Source of the DNA: Spirochaetota bacterium
GTDB taxonomy: Bacteria; Spirochaetota; UBA4802; UBA5550
Length of the DNA: 64,000 nt
Direction of reading: 5' to 3'
Assembly (NCBI GenBank): GCA_963664815.2
Contig: CAXXHB010000003.1
Location: 480,001-544,000, forward strand
Position 1 is the first letter of the stretch. Every line of letters starts with the position of its first letter. Below, in pieces: positions 36,992 through 47,697 of this stretch. The notes under the pieces are model-generated. The model ran no database searches and was not told the DNA's origin. It was given only the letters and a program-made list of their open reading frames with translations. Position numbers and translations under genes: made by a program.

Positions 36992-37148
36992 ATAATTCCT
37001 GTTGTTAAAAAACGGTGATATCAGGAACATTTAACGGCAGTTCCCGATCTGCTGCTGATATCAGATTTTGTTCAGCAGATAAAATAAAAATTGAAATAAT
37101 CAGCTGCATTATTTAAAGTATATCATAATAAACCACGGCGGTAATGAA

Positions 37149-40100
37149 TTGCTGGATAAGAATGTAATCTGTATTATTAACGCGATAAATGTACCGGTAC
37201 TTGTTGCTGACGACACCGGAATTATTGCTGCCGGTAATAAAGCAGCTTTTTCATTTTTCAATAAAAATACTTTCACAGGTTTTGATATAACCCTGTTCCT
37301 CCCTTCAGTTTCAATTGCTGATAACAAAGTACTTCAATCTCTTGATTACGGGGAATCGCTGTATTTTTTTGAAACCTCTGCTCTTGTGAATGATAAGATA
37401 AAAGATGCTGATGTTGATGTAGTCCCATATAAAAGCGGAGATTTCAGGTACTATATATGTACCATCAAGGATATTATGATATACGCAGGACTGCAGAACA
37501 GCATAAACAAATTCAGCACAATAGTTGAGAACAGTCCCGCTTCGGTTCTAATAACAGATACAAACGGAAATATTGAATTTCTCAATAATAATTTTCAACA
37601 GCTTTCAGGATACAGCTACGAAGAGCTTATAGGCAAAAATATAAGCATCCTGAGGTCGCATTTTCATAAAAAAGATTTCCTGCCAAGCATAAGGGGGACG
37701 CTGAAGAAGGGTGATAAGTGGAAGGGTGAACTGTTGAATATTTCGAAAAACGGGGAACCATACTGGATACTGGCTACGATATCTCCAATATTCAACAAGA
37801 ATAATGAAATATCTAATTATATCTCCATACAGGAGGATATTACATACCTGAAAAAAATAGAGGAGGAACTCAAACAGTCGGAGGAGAAGTTCAGAGTCCT
37901 TTTTGAAACGCTCCCTGAGGGGATTGTAGTTACAGATCTTTCGGGTGTTATAATTCAGGTTAATCAGGCATATCTCAACATTCACGGGAATAACGGACGG
38001 GACGAGATCGTTGGAAGGAATATATATGATGTAGCTGATAATAAGGTTACATCCCTGCTTCATACTCTTCTTGATGAGGCTGAAAAAAACGGGTATAGTT
38101 CAGTCGGCAGTTACGAATTGAAAAAACCTGATAAAGTATACGTTGAGACACAGGCGGCCATAATGACCGGAGAGACAGGTCCTATCGGTTTTGTCGTGCT
38201 TACTGGTGACAATACAAGCAGGAAAAATTCAGAAACCGCCCTTCGCGAGAGTGAAGCGCGGAATCGCGCTCTTATTGAGGCTGTACCCGATATTATGTTC
38301 AGGGTAAACAACCAGGGGGTCTATCTTGATAAAATGCTCGGGAATAAAATTCACGAGGTGTTCCCCGAAAGCATGGCTGTCGATTTTGTAAAATATATAT
38401 CTGAAGCGGTAAAGTCAAGGGAGATACAGATATTTGAATATCCCGTTGTGACCTCGGGCAGAGATGAATTCTATGAATCTCGGTTTATCGCCATTGAGGA
38501 CGACGAGGTGCTTATAATACTCAGAAACGTAACAGAAAAGCATGTGGCGATGGTGCAGATTGAAGATGCCCGCAGGGATGCGGAGCTTGCAAACAGGTCA
38601 AAGAGCGAATTCCTTGCCAATATGAGCCATGAGATAAGAACACCCCTCAACAGTATTACCGGTTTTATAGAACTTCTCATGCGCAGCAGGCTCAACAACG
38701 AGCAGAGGGAATACCTGGAAATTATAAAGAAAAGCGCCGGGAATCTTCTGGATATAATTAATGATATACTTGATTTTTCGAAGATTGAAAGTCACAAACT
38801 GGAGCTCAGTAAAATAGAATTTAATCCCTTCACGGAGTTTGAATCTGTTGTGAGGCTTTTTAATGTAAAGGCCGGAGAAAAGGGGATGAGGTTTTATTCA
38901 TTCATTGATCCTCGGATACCGGAGGGTGTTATTTCCGATCCGCTGAGGATAAAGCAGATACTGTCAAACCTTTTAAGTAATGCGATAAAGTTCACACCGG
39001 AAGACGGGATTGTTTCTATTGAGATCAACCTGTCGCGCAATAAAGACGGATTCTGTCTTATAAATTTTTCCGTTTCAGATACCGGGATAGGAATTCCTGA
39101 CAGGAAGCAGAAACAGATATTTGAAGCCTTTACCCAGGCGGACAGTTCAATTACGCGACGCTTCGGCGGAACAGGTCTGGGTCTGAGCATAAGTGCCAAT
39201 CTTGCCAGACTCATGGGAAGCGAAATTGTTGTTGAAAGTATTATGGGAGTGGGGAGTAAATTCTATTTTACGCTTGAAGCGGAAGTTAATGCCGATTCAT
39301 CCCCTGCCGATATTTTCAGAAATACCGGTATTAATGCCTGTGTCGTTACGGGTAGCACGGAAGATCTTTCGTTTAAAAGCCTGGAGGCATATCTTCTTGC
39401 ATGCGGCTGCAGAATAAGTATCTGCGGCAATTTCTCCGGGGTTGATGCCGGTTGTGATATAATATTCATAGTGAAGCCGCAGCTGCCGCTGAATGAATTC
39501 AGAGATTATTATACTGGAAAACCGGTTATTATTATATCTGATAAAGGTGATGCGGATGATTATTCGGCGGAGATCAGTCATATAGTTTCTGAAACTCTCA
39601 ATCATCCCCTGGTACCGGAAATATTGTTTAAAATCCTGTCCCGTGTTGCAGGATTACATAAGTCCATGGACGATATATCCGGAGAGTCTGATACCGGGGT
39701 AAACCTCAGGTTTTCAGGGAAAGTCCTTGTGGGAGAGGATAACAGTATCAATCAGAAGCTTATGATGCTTCTGCTGAAAGATTACGGGCTTGAGGTCGAC
39801 CTTGCAGGAAATGGATTTACCGTTTTTGAGAAATTCAGGAGAGGGAAATATAACCTGGTGCTGATGGATGTGAATATGCCTGCAGCTGACGGTATTGAAA
39901 CAACTCATATGATACGTGATTACGAGAGAGAAAGCGGTGCGGTGGAAACTCCTGTAGTCGCGCTGACGGCAAAGGCGCTTAAAGGAGACAGGGATCTTAT
40001 TGAAAACAGCGGTATGAATGATTATCTGGCCAAGCCTGTGGAGATGGATAAACTTGAGGCGGTGTTGCTGAAATACCTGCCATGTATAAAACTGGAAAGG

Positions 40101-40466
40101 CCTGTTAATGCTGATGGAAAAGACCAGATTGACGAGGCTGCACCTGTTTATTATGATCTTAAGAAAACCGCCGCCGAACTGAAAATACCGGTAAATGTAC
40201 TTCTTAATATCGGTCGGGATTTTATCGAAGATACCATGAAAGTTGTTGAAGAAATCAGAGCGTCAGTTGATAACCTGTCATACGGTGAAATATCGGCCCT
40301 CTCGCATAAATCCAGGGGTGCGGCGGCTAACCTTCGTTTTGTTAAAGTCTCGGAATATTTCCTGGAACTGGAGGAAAAAGCCTCCGGTATGGAAAAAGAT
40401 TTTGACTATACCATGGTACTGGATAATATAATTAATGAGATTAACCATTTAAAGAATTATTTCTGA
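37149..40466 (+). CDS. Cytoplasmic multi-PAS hybrid histidine kinase with receiver and HPt
   Basis: PAS repeats, FLANMSHEIRTPL, NAIKFT, GGTGLGL, GEDN...LMDVNMP...KP, HKSRGAAANL. Confidence 0.9.
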   Translation: MLDKNVICIINAINVPVLVADDTGIIAAGNKAAFSFFNKNTFTGFDITLFLPSVSIADNKVLQSLDYGESLYFFETSALVNDKIKDADVDVVPYKSGDFRYYICTIKDIMIYAGLQNSINKFSTIVENSPASVLITDTNGNIEFLNNNFQQLSGYSYEELIGKNISILRSHFHKKDFLPSIRGTLKKGDKWKGELLNISKNGEPYWILATISPIFNKNNEISNYISIQEDITYLKKIEEELKQSEEKFRVLFETLPEGIVVTDLSGVIIQVNQAYLNIHGNNGRDEIVGRNIYDVADNKVTSLLHTLLDEAEKNGYSSVGSYELKKPDKVYVETQAAIMTGETGPIGFVVLTGDNTSRKNSETALRESEARNRALIEAVPDIMFRVNNQGVYLDKMLGNKIHEVFPESMAVDFVKYISEAVKSREIQIFEYPVVTSGRDEFYESRFIAIEDDEVLIILRNVTEKHVAMVQIEDARRDAELANRSKSEFLANMSHEIRTPLNSITGFIELLMRSRLNNEQREYLEIIKKSAGNLLDIINDILDFSKIESHKLELSKIEFNPFTEFESVVRLFNVKAGEKGMRFYSFIDPRIPEGVISDPLRIKQILSNLLSNAIKFTPEDGIVSIEINLSRNKDGFCLINFSVSDTGIGIPDRKQKQIFEAFTQADSSITRRFGGTGLGLSISANLARLMGSEIVVESIMGVGSKFYFTLEAEVNADSSPADIFRNTGINACVVTGSTEDLSFKSLEAYLLACGCRISICGNFSGVDAGCDIIFIVKPQLPLNEFRDYYTGKPVIIISDKGDADDYSAEISHIVSETLNHPLVPEILFKILSRVAGLHKSMDDISGESDTGVNLRFSGKVLVGEDNSINQKLMMLLLKDYGLEVDLAGNGFTVFEKFRRGKYNLVLMDVNMPAADGIETTHMIRDYERESGAVETPVVALTAKALKGDRDLIENSGMNDYLAKPVEMDKLEAVLLKYLPCIKLERPVNADGKDQIDEAAPVYYDLKKTAAELKIPVNVLLNIGRDFIEDTMKVVEEIRASVDNLSYGEISALSHKSRGAAANLRFVKVSEYFLELEEKASGMEKDFDYTMVLDNIINEINHLKNYF

Positions 40467-40480
40467 ATGAGGAGTTTTAT

Positions 40481-41215
40481 ATGAATACTGTTCTTGCTAT
40501 TGATGACGATAAGACAACACTCGGCATACTTGAATCACAGCTTAACGGGCTCGGATACAGGGTTTTCACTGAACGGGCTGCAATAAAGGGTGTTGAGATA
40601 GCCAAAGGCTTCAATCCGGATGTGATAATTCTTGATCTGCACATGCCGGTTATGGATGGTTTTGAAGTTCTTGGCGCGCTTAAAAGAGATAAAATTACGC
40701 ATAATATTCCGGTCATAATGCTGACCTCGGACAAGGGGAAAGAGACTGTTGTTGAAGCAATGAGGCATGGAGTTGTCGATTACATTGTTAAACCGTATAA
40801 TCCTGACAAGCTTAATCTTAAAATTATGGCGGCAATAAATTATGGCGGCATGAAGAAACAGCAGAACACTGACGTATTTATAGAAGTAAACAGAAAGAGT
40901 GATATGTCTGTGATCATGATGAGAGGAAATATCACTGAAAAGGGATTTGCAAATGATGTGAGAACTGTTTTCAATAGTTTTTTTATGAAGCAGGTTAATG
41001 GCAAGGTATGTATTTTTGACATAAGAAACGTAAATGAAATGGAGAGTCAGGATATTGAAGAGTTTGTAAGAATTATAAATATGTTTCCTGATTCCAAAAA
41101 AAAGATTGTTGCCGGAAGACATTATGGAGCTATAGTATCAACTACCAATCTGGATGAACTTGCTGAACTGTTTCTCTCATTCGGTGACCTTGAACTGGCA
41201 ATGAATACAATCTGA
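40481..41215 (+). CDS. Response regulator (receiver + STAS-like C-terminal domain)
   Basis: IDDD, ILDLHMP, KP; C-terminal VIMMRG...CIFDIRNVNEMES. Confidence 0.75.
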   Translation: MNTVLAIDDDKTTLGILESQLNGLGYRVFTERAAIKGVEIAKGFNPDVIILDLHMPVMDGFEVLGALKRDKITHNIPVIMLTSDKGKETVVEAMRHGVVDYIVKPYNPDKLNLKIMAAINYGGMKKQQNTDVFIEVNRKSDMSVIMMRGNITEKGFANDVRTVFNSFFMKQVNGKVCIFDIRNVNEMESQDIEEFVRIINMFPDSKKKIVAGRHYGAIVSTTNLDELAELFLSFGDLELAMNTI

Positions 41216-41276
41216 GCACACATATCGGCTCACATAATCTGTTGACAGCAGAAACCATGATTGTATCTGTTGTATT

Positions 41277-42389
41277 ATGAAATTTAATGTAATAAAAAAA
41301 GATCCCGGAACGGCTGCCAGGGTATGTGAGCTTGAAACATCAAGAAGTACAATAAAAACCCCTGTTTTTATGCCGGTTGCAACACGAGGGGCAATCCGTG
41401 CCTTAACCCTTGCAGATATTGAAAGCATCGGTTTTGATATAATTCTGTCAAACACATACCATATATACATGCGCCCGGGAACAGATGTTATTTCCTCTGC
41501 CGGTGGGCTTCATAAATTCATGAATTATAAAAAGTCTCTCCTTACGGATTCCGGGGGATTCCAGGTGTTCTCACTCAGTAACCTCTGCAAGGTAAGAGAA
41601 GATGGTGTTGAATTTAATTCCCACCTTGACGGATCAAAACACTTTTTTACAGCAGAGAAGGTTCTTGATATCCAGAGAGTAATAGGCTCAGATATTATGA
41701 TGGTGCTTGACCAGTGTACCGATTATCCCATTGAAAAACAGAGGGCCATCGCCGCAATGGAGAGAACAATATCATGGGCTGAACGATCGATAGCTTATTA
41801 TAATGATACATTTAACAAAGATGTTCAGGCATGTTTTGCGATTGTGCAGGGGAGTATATTCAGCGACCTCAGAAAAGAGTGTGCAGAGAGGCTTGTGGAA
41901 CTGGATTTTCCCGGATATGCAATAGGGGGATTGTCGGTGGGTGAACCGAAGGAGATATATCGTGATATTACTGAAAATCTGCTTCCTCACATGCCGGAGA
42001 ACAAACCAAGATATATGATGGGGGTAGGGAGCCCTCTTGAAATACTCTTTGCCATAAGACATGGCGTGGATATGTTTGACTGCGTTATGCCCACCCGCAT
42101 TGCCAGGAATGGAACACTGTACACATCTGCCGGGCGGGTAAATATAAAAGCTGCGCAGTATGAAAAAGATTTCGGCCCGCTTGATGAAAACTGCGATTGC
42201 TATGTCTGCAGAAATTTTTCCAGGGCTTATCTTCGCCATATCTTCAGAGCTGGTGAGATTGCATCACTTATATATAATACCTTCCATAACCTCTATTTTA
42301 TGAAACAATTTATGGATGATATACGCCAATCAATAGCAGATGGACGATTCGGTGAAATAGAGACTAAATGGCTCAGAGTGTTCAGTTAA
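41277..42389 (+). CDS. tgt: Queuine tRNA-ribosyltransferase
   Basis: TPVFMPV, TDSGGFQVFS, GGLSVGE, DMFDCVMPTR, CDCYVC...H zinc site. Confidence 0.96.
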   Translation: MKFNVIKKDPGTAARVCELETSRSTIKTPVFMPVATRGAIRALTLADIESIGFDIILSNTYHIYMRPGTDVISSAGGLHKFMNYKKSLLTDSGGFQVFSLSNLCKVREDGVEFNSHLDGSKHFFTAEKVLDIQRVIGSDIMMVLDQCTDYPIEKQRAIAAMERTISWAERSIAYYNDTFNKDVQACFAIVQGSIFSDLRKECAERLVELDFPGYAIGGLSVGEPKEIYRDITENLLPHMPENKPRYMMGVGSPLEILFAIRHGVDMFDCVMPTRIARNGTLYTSAGRVNIKAAQYEKDFGPLDENCDCYVCRNFSRAYLRHIFRAGEIASLIYNTFHNLYFMKQFMDDIRQSIADGRFGEIETKWLRVFS

Positions 42390-42614
42390 ATTTTAATAAA
42401 CTTCTTAATCTGATATCAATAACAGGATTTTTTATGGTATATTGTTTTCATATAATGATATTTAATGATATTATTCTGAAAGAAGGATAAAAAACCAGTT
42501 TTTCTATTTTAATATTATATGGCATTTTTTTTAAAACTGAAAATTTTAGTATTGAAAATATCGGTATTTTTAAATAAACTATATTAATCCATATAGAGGA
42601 TGAGCTTATAAAGC

Positions 42615-42644
42615 TTGACAGGTTATTTAACGAGAGATTATAGT
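42615..42644 (+). promoter_or_regulatory. Putative sigma70 promoter of the STAS-LysM genes
   Basis: TTGACA-N18-TATAGT. Confidence 0.45.
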
Positions 42645-42673
42645 GTCTGATTATAGAAGGGGTGTAAGGAGGA

Positions 42674-43018
42674 ATGATCTCTATGGACATAAGTTCCAGA
42701 ACAAAAGGGGAGGTCGTCATACTTGATATTTCCGGGGAGATAGATTTATATAACGCACCGGAGATTAAAGATATTATTAATAAATTAATTGAACAGAAAA
42801 GATATAATGTCGTGATAAATCTGAAAGATGTGACATATATTGATTCTTCAGGTATAGGTGCGCTTATTTCCAGTCTGTCAAATCTGAAGAAGTATCAGGG
42901 CGGATTAAAGATAATTAATGTTTTTGCCTCGGTTCGCAAGGTTTTTGAACTCACAAAGCTTACATCGTTTTTTGATATCTATGATAACGAAGAAGATTCC
43001 ATAAAGTCTTTTCAGTAA
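42674..43018 (+). CDS. STAS anti-sigma-factor antagonist
   Basis: GEIDLYNAP, VTYIDSSGIGALI. Confidence 0.92.
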   Translation: MISMDISSRTKGEVVILDISGEIDLYNAPEIKDIINKLIEQKRYNVVINLKDVTYIDSSGIGALISSLSNLKKYQGGLKIINVFASVRKVFELTKLTSFFDIYDNEEDSIKSFQ

Positions 43019-43075
43019 TAATTTATTTATTGTTAAGAAACATTAAAAAAGATATTTAAATACAGAGGTTTACAT

Positions 43076-44344
43076 ATGAAATTAAGATTAGTAACTGGAT
43101 TAGTATTGTTTTTAACTTTTTTTCTCGCTGCCTGTGAAGATAAAATTCCGATTAAAGAATTCTCAAAGGCAAAAGAGGCTATAGTTCTGGCTCAGTCTGT
43201 TAAAGCTGAACAATTCAGCCCGTTGGAATTTAAAGAAGCTAATGATCAGCTCTTCAAGGCTCAGGAAGTTTTAATAAAAGATGAAAAGCTTGATGATTCA
43301 ATAAAGAATTCTGAGAAGTCTTATGAGAAAGCTATGGAAGCTTATAATAAGTCAGTTGTGCTTTATGCTGCTGAAGCATTGAAAAAAGCCGACGATGCTA
43401 TTATAGCTGCCGAAGCGGTTTATGCAGAAAAACTCTCTCCGGATCTCTTTGTTCAATCAAGGAGTATTTATACTTCAGCTAATGAAAAATTTGAAGCAAA
43501 AGACTATATAGCTTCATGTAAGCTTTCTGAAGAGGCTTACAAAAAAGCAGTAAAAGCAAAAGAGGAGTCTCTGGACAATAAATACCAGCTTCAGGTTAAA
43601 ATTGATGAAGTTCGTGCCACTCTCTCAAAAGTTCAGCAGTATGATTATGAGGGTTATGCGGCTGAAAACTATAACGTTGCAAGTGTGAAGACTGAAGAGG
43701 CTGAATCAAATTACAAGCAGGATGCGCTGAAATCAGGTTTTGAATCAATTGAAGCTGCAAAGATTAATGCTGATGAAGCTTATAAATTAACAATGGATGG
43801 AGTTACCGCTAAAAAGCTCAGTGAAGCTGAAAATGTAGTTGGTGAAGCAGAAAATTCAAAAGGGGCCAAGGTAGCCGAAGAGGATCTATCTGCAGCCAGG
43901 GAAGCACTTAATAATGCAAGAAACCTTAAAAAAAGCGGAAATTATGAAGAATCTATAACTTATTCCAATGAAGCTATAAGGCTTGGAAACAGTGTTATAG
44001 AAGAGGGTAAAAAATCCACTGTTGCAACTGTAAAAAGTCAGGGTGAAACCGGCGATAAATCAAAAACCGGTGATAAAGATAAGGCTGTCGATAAAGGCAA
44101 AACTGCTGATAAGGTTAAATCTGCCGGTAAAACAAAAAGTGAATTTGCCGGAGAAGATGAAAATTACTATTACTATAAAGTAAAAAGCTGGGAAAAATAT
44201 CAGGATTGTCTCTCCCGCATAGCTCTGCACTATTATAAAAATGCGAAAGCCTGGAAGAGAATTCATGAAGCTAATAAGAGCAAAATTGCAAACCCGGATT
44301 TAATCAGGCCAGGCTGGGTTATAAAAGTACCGAAAAAGAAGTAA
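43076..44344 (+). CDS. Helical lipoprotein with C-terminal LysM (LipL71/LruA-like)
   Basis: Lipobox LAAC, Ala-rich helical repeats, DCLSRIA...IANPDLIRPGWVIKVP. Confidence 0.75.
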   Translation: MKLRLVTGLVLFLTFFLAACEDKIPIKEFSKAKEAIVLAQSVKAEQFSPLEFKEANDQLFKAQEVLIKDEKLDDSIKNSEKSYEKAMEAYNKSVVLYAAEALKKADDAIIAAEAVYAEKLSPDLFVQSRSIYTSANEKFEAKDYIASCKLSEEAYKKAVKAKEESLDNKYQLQVKIDEVRATLSKVQQYDYEGYAAENYNVASVKTEEAESNYKQDALKSGFESIEAAKINADEAYKLTMDGVTAKKLSEAENVVGEAENSKGAKVAEEDLSAAREALNNARNLKKSGNYEESITYSNEAIRLGNSVIEEGKKSTVATVKSQGETGDKSKTGDKDKAVDKGKTADKVKSAGKTKSEFAGEDENYYYYKVKSWEKYQDCLSRIALHYYKNAKAWKRIHEANKSKIANPDLIRPGWVIKVPKKK

Positions 44345-44361
44345 AAAAAATGTAATACAGG

Positions 44362-45369
44362 TTGGTACATACTTTATCAATTATGAGCCAGAGATATAAT
44401 AAAAGTGATTTTGGCGACGTGGAAAACGACAAAAATCCTGATACGGTTCTTTCTAATTTGAACGATGAAGTGATCGATGAGCTTCAGGATGATTCGGAAC
44501 TAAAAAATGATGATAACGTAAAAAACTCCGGGAAGGATTTTACCGATTCATCAATTTCATGGTATCTGGATCAGATCAACAGGATTCCACTCCTTACAAG
44601 GGAGCAGGAGGATACTCTTGCCAGGTTGTCCAGAGATGGAAGTGAAAAAGCGAAGGATGAATTGATTAAATCCAATCTTCGGTTTGTTGTTTCTATCGCG
44701 AAAAAATATCAGACAAGCGGTATTTCACTTCTTGATCTTATTAATGAAGGTAATCTTGGTCTGATTAAAGCAGCCGAGAAATTTGATCCTGACAGGGGGT
44801 TTCATTTTATATCATACGCAGTATGGTGGATAAGGCAGTCAATAATGCTGGCTATCTCTCAGAAAGCGTCTCTTATAAGACTCCCTCTTAACAGAACGGC
44901 TGACCTGCAGAAAATAGAAAGAGTTCATAAAAAACTGGAAAACAAATTCGGTCGCGAACCCTCGGCAAGTGAAATAGCCGAGGAACTCGACATGGATAAT
45001 GAAGAGATAAATCACCTCCGTAATATAACACAGGATTTTGTATCGCTTGATTCCACTCTCGGTGATTCGGAAGATACAACCATCCTTGACCTGATAGTTG
45101 ATCCCAAGGCCGATTCCCCGGATGAACAGGTATTTGAAGAATCGCTGATAAGTTCTCTGAATGAGGTTCTGGCCACTCTTACAGATTCAGAAAAGGAGAT
45201 CCTCTGCATGAGGTACGGTCTTAACGGTTATGAGCCTATGTCTCTCCAGCAGATAGGGGATAAGTTTAATCTTTCCAAGGAGAGGATAAGGCAGATTGAA
45301 AAAAAAGCAATAAGACGGCTACGTCACCCTTCAAGAAGCAGTAAATTAAAAAGTTTTATGCAGGATTAA
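44362..45369 (+). CDS. RpoD/RpoS-like sigma70 factor (no region 1.1; start may be 44383)
   Basis: NLRFVVSIAKKY, DLINEGNLGL, FISYAVWWIRQ, SKERIRQIE. Confidence 0.9.
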   Translation: MVHTLSIMSQRYNKSDFGDVENDKNPDTVLSNLNDEVIDELQDDSELKNDDNVKNSGKDFTDSSISWYLDQINRIPLLTREQEDTLARLSRDGSEKAKDELIKSNLRFVVSIAKKYQTSGISLLDLINEGNLGLIKAAEKFDPDRGFHFISYAVWWIRQSIMLAISQKASLIRLPLNRTADLQKIERVHKKLENKFGREPSASEIAEELDMDNEEINHLRNITQDFVSLDSTLGDSEDTTILDLIVDPKADSPDEQVFEESLISSLNEVLATLTDSEKEILCMRYGLNGYEPMSLQQIGDKFNLSKERIRQIEKKAIRRLRHPSRSSKLKSFMQD

Positions 45370-45371
45370 AA

Positions 45372-46448
45372 ATGAGATATCTTTTTGCCGGTTTAATTGC
45401 AGGATTTCTTGCTGGCTTTTTCTTCTTTCAGGGCGTTTCCGCATCTGAGATAGTTCCGGAATTCTATAGTCCGCTCCCGGCACTGGATATGACTATGAAC
45501 TCAGATAACCGCAATGTTCCGGAATCCTTTATTATTCCGGTTGCAGAAAAGGTATTTCTTGTCAATATGGAGGGGAGTGCAGTCAGACAGGTTGAAAGCA
45601 AAGACTCTCTGCTTGAAGTCAGTGGTGACGGAAATTTTTACATCCGCTATGGATCGGTAAGTACAAAAATTGATTTTTTCGGCATTAATGGAGAAAGATA
45701 CTGGCAGAAGGATTCAATGGAGAAGCCTTTTTTGTCATACAGCGGGAAACTGATCTTTCTGCTTAATGGAGATCACAGCGGGATAAGAATTTTTGACAGA
45801 AATGGTAATGTTACTGGTGCCGGACAGATAACAGGACGGTTATGTACATCGGTTGAATTTGCTGAAAAGAATGATTTCGGCGCGTGTGGCTTTATTGACG
45901 GGTCATATCATTTTATTAATAAAGATGGTATCGTAATTCACAGCGGGATGGCTCCTGCCGGATCTGCGGTAAAAGGGATTAAAATAAGCAATAACGGCAG
46001 ATTCGGGTTTGTGCATTACGGAAATACGGTGAAGGATGGCGTAAGAGTTGTCAATATAGAAGATAATGATTTTGAGGATTCAGCAGTAGAAAATGTTCAT
46101 TATGTTAAAACAGCAATGAATGTATCAGATGAAGGGTGTGCTGTTTTTTTTGACAATGATAAAGTACTTGTTTATGATGATGACTGTGATATCAGGTTCA
46201 GACTGAGTGTCCCGAAGAAACGACCCGGTTATTCAACACTTTCAATGGAGAATGGTATCTATGTGCTGGGGTATACAAAAAGCACAGGGGAATCACAGCT
46301 TGTAGTATTTCGCAATAACGGTGAGGTTTTCTATACTAAGGAGTATCCCGGTGAATCTTTTTTAAGCAGCACAATCAGAAACAGACTCATATTTTCAAGA
46401 GGTTCTGATAATCTGTTTGCTTATAAAATCCATCTTCAAGGAGAGTGA
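45372..46448 (+). CDS. Exported hypothetical protein (beta-propeller-like)
   Basis: N-terminal hydrophobic segment; repeated S-x-D/N-G turn motifs. Confidence 0.55.
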   Translation: MRYLFAGLIAGFLAGFFFFQGVSASEIVPEFYSPLPALDMTMNSDNRNVPESFIIPVAEKVFLVNMEGSAVRQVESKDSLLEVSGDGNFYIRYGSVSTKIDFFGINGERYWQKDSMEKPFLSYSGKLIFLLNGDHSGIRIFDRNGNVTGAGQITGRLCTSVEFAEKNDFGACGFIDGSYHFINKDGIVIHSGMAPAGSAVKGIKISNNGRFGFVHYGNTVKDGVRVVNIEDNDFEDSAVENVHYVKTAMNVSDEGCAVFFDNDKVLVYDDDCDIRFRLSVPKKRPGYSTLSMENGIYVLGYTKSTGESQLVVFRNNGEVFYTKEYPGESFLSSTIRNRLIFSRGSDNLFAYKIHLQGE

Positions 46449-47259
46449 TAATTTCTGACAGATCCTTTGCCAGTATATCATTACATCTTTTTATTGCGCC
46501 ATTCAGTAATATTTCCGCCTTCTCTTTTGCTGTGTTTAAGGCAGCCTCCAAATATAATCTTTCAATCCTGTCACCGGTATTATTCAGCATCTTAAGAATT
46601 GAATACAGCCTGAACCTGTCCATTCCCCAGTGAACTGCTGACAACTGATCGCTGTGTCCTGCATATCTTGTTATCAGATTTTCTTTAATAAGACCGATCT
46701 CTTCGAAAGGCGTTATCCTGAGCCAGAGATCGTAGTCCTCACAGGCTGGAAGGTCTTCGTCAAATAAACCGTATTTTTCAAAAATGGTTCGTGAAATACA
46801 GACTGATGACGGACTTATAAGACATAATTGAAGAGAGGGGATAAAAATTTTACCCTCCGGTTTAATATGTTTCGAACCGGGGTTTACCCTGACGCCGTTT
46901 CTTATCCATATATCTCCGGTCTGATGTACCGGTATATTCCTGTTGTTTTCCATGAATTCTTTGTGCTTGTGAAGTTTGTTTTTATGCCATGTATCATCAG
47001 AGTCGAGAAGGGTAATATTCGGAGAGTTTGATATTGAGATACCTTTATTCCGGGCAGAGCTTACACCGGAATTGTCCTGATAAATATATATAAGCCGGCC
47101 GTAATACTCGTCGGCAATAACTGAAGTTCCATCATCAGATCCGTCGTCTACCACGATAAGTTCAAAATCCCTTTCATTCTGGGCCAGAACGGATTCTACA
47201 GCATTAATCAGTTGTGCTTTCCTGTTATATGATGGAATAATAACACTGAAAAGAGGCAT
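46387..47259 (-). CDS. Glycosyltransferase family 2
   Basis: SVIIPSYNR, VVDDGSDD, LDSDD, EDYDLWLR. Confidence 0.9.
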   Translation of the reverse strand: MPLFSVIIPSYNRKAQLINAVESVLAQNERDFELIVVDDGSDDGTSVIADEYYGRLIYIYQDNSGVSSARNKGISISNSPNITLLDSDDTWHKNKLHKHKEFMENNRNIPVHQTGDIWIRNGVRVNPGSKHIKPEGKIFIPSLQLCLISPSSVCISRTIFEKYGLFDEDLPACEDYDLWLRITPFEEIGLIKENLITRYAGHSDQLSAVHWGMDRFRLYSILKMLNNTGDRIERLYLEAALNTAKEKAEILLNGAIKRCNDILAKDLSEIITLLEDGFYKQTDYQNLLKI

Positions 47260-47688
47260 TTATAAATAGTATAGTTCCTTGTCGGAAATTATGGTAAAAC
47301 CGGCCTCTTTCAGAAATTTTTCAGTCATTGGAACATCTTCAACCTGAAAAACAAATACCGCGCGGTTTTTTTCACGTATTGTAAAACCATATGCGTCTTC
47401 TATATTTATATTTTTACTTGATAACAGGGATGTTGCCTTATGAAGCCCGCCGGGGGAGTCGTCAATTATTATTGCAACAATATCTTTTAGTGTTGAAGCG
47501 ATACCTTCTTTATTCAGGCATTCATTGCCCTCTGAGGGCTTATCGAGAAGAAGTTTTATTATGCCGTAATCGCCCGAATCGGATATGGTTATTGCTCTTA
47601 TGTTGATATTGTTCCTGCTCAAGACTTCTGTCACCCGGCTTATTTTGCCAGGTTTGTTTTCTGCAAATACAGATACCTGATGCGGCAT
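47260..47688 (-). CDS. Tandem ACT-domain protein
   Basis: QVSVFAENKPG, NINIRAI, DSPGGL; downstream of paaK. Confidence 0.88.
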   Translation of the reverse strand: MPHQVSVFAENKPGKISRVTEVLSRNNINIRAITISDSGDYGIIKLLLDKPSEGNECLNKEGIASTLKDIVAIIIDDSPGGLHKATSLLSSKNINIEDAYGFTIREKNRAVFVFQVEDVPMTEKFLKEAGFTIISDKELYYL

Positions 47689-47697
47689 ACCATCCTC

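Noticed and set aside
44044-44140. xxDKxK hexapeptide repeats in the LysM lipoprotein
   Set aside because: Ordinary low-complexity linker before LysM.
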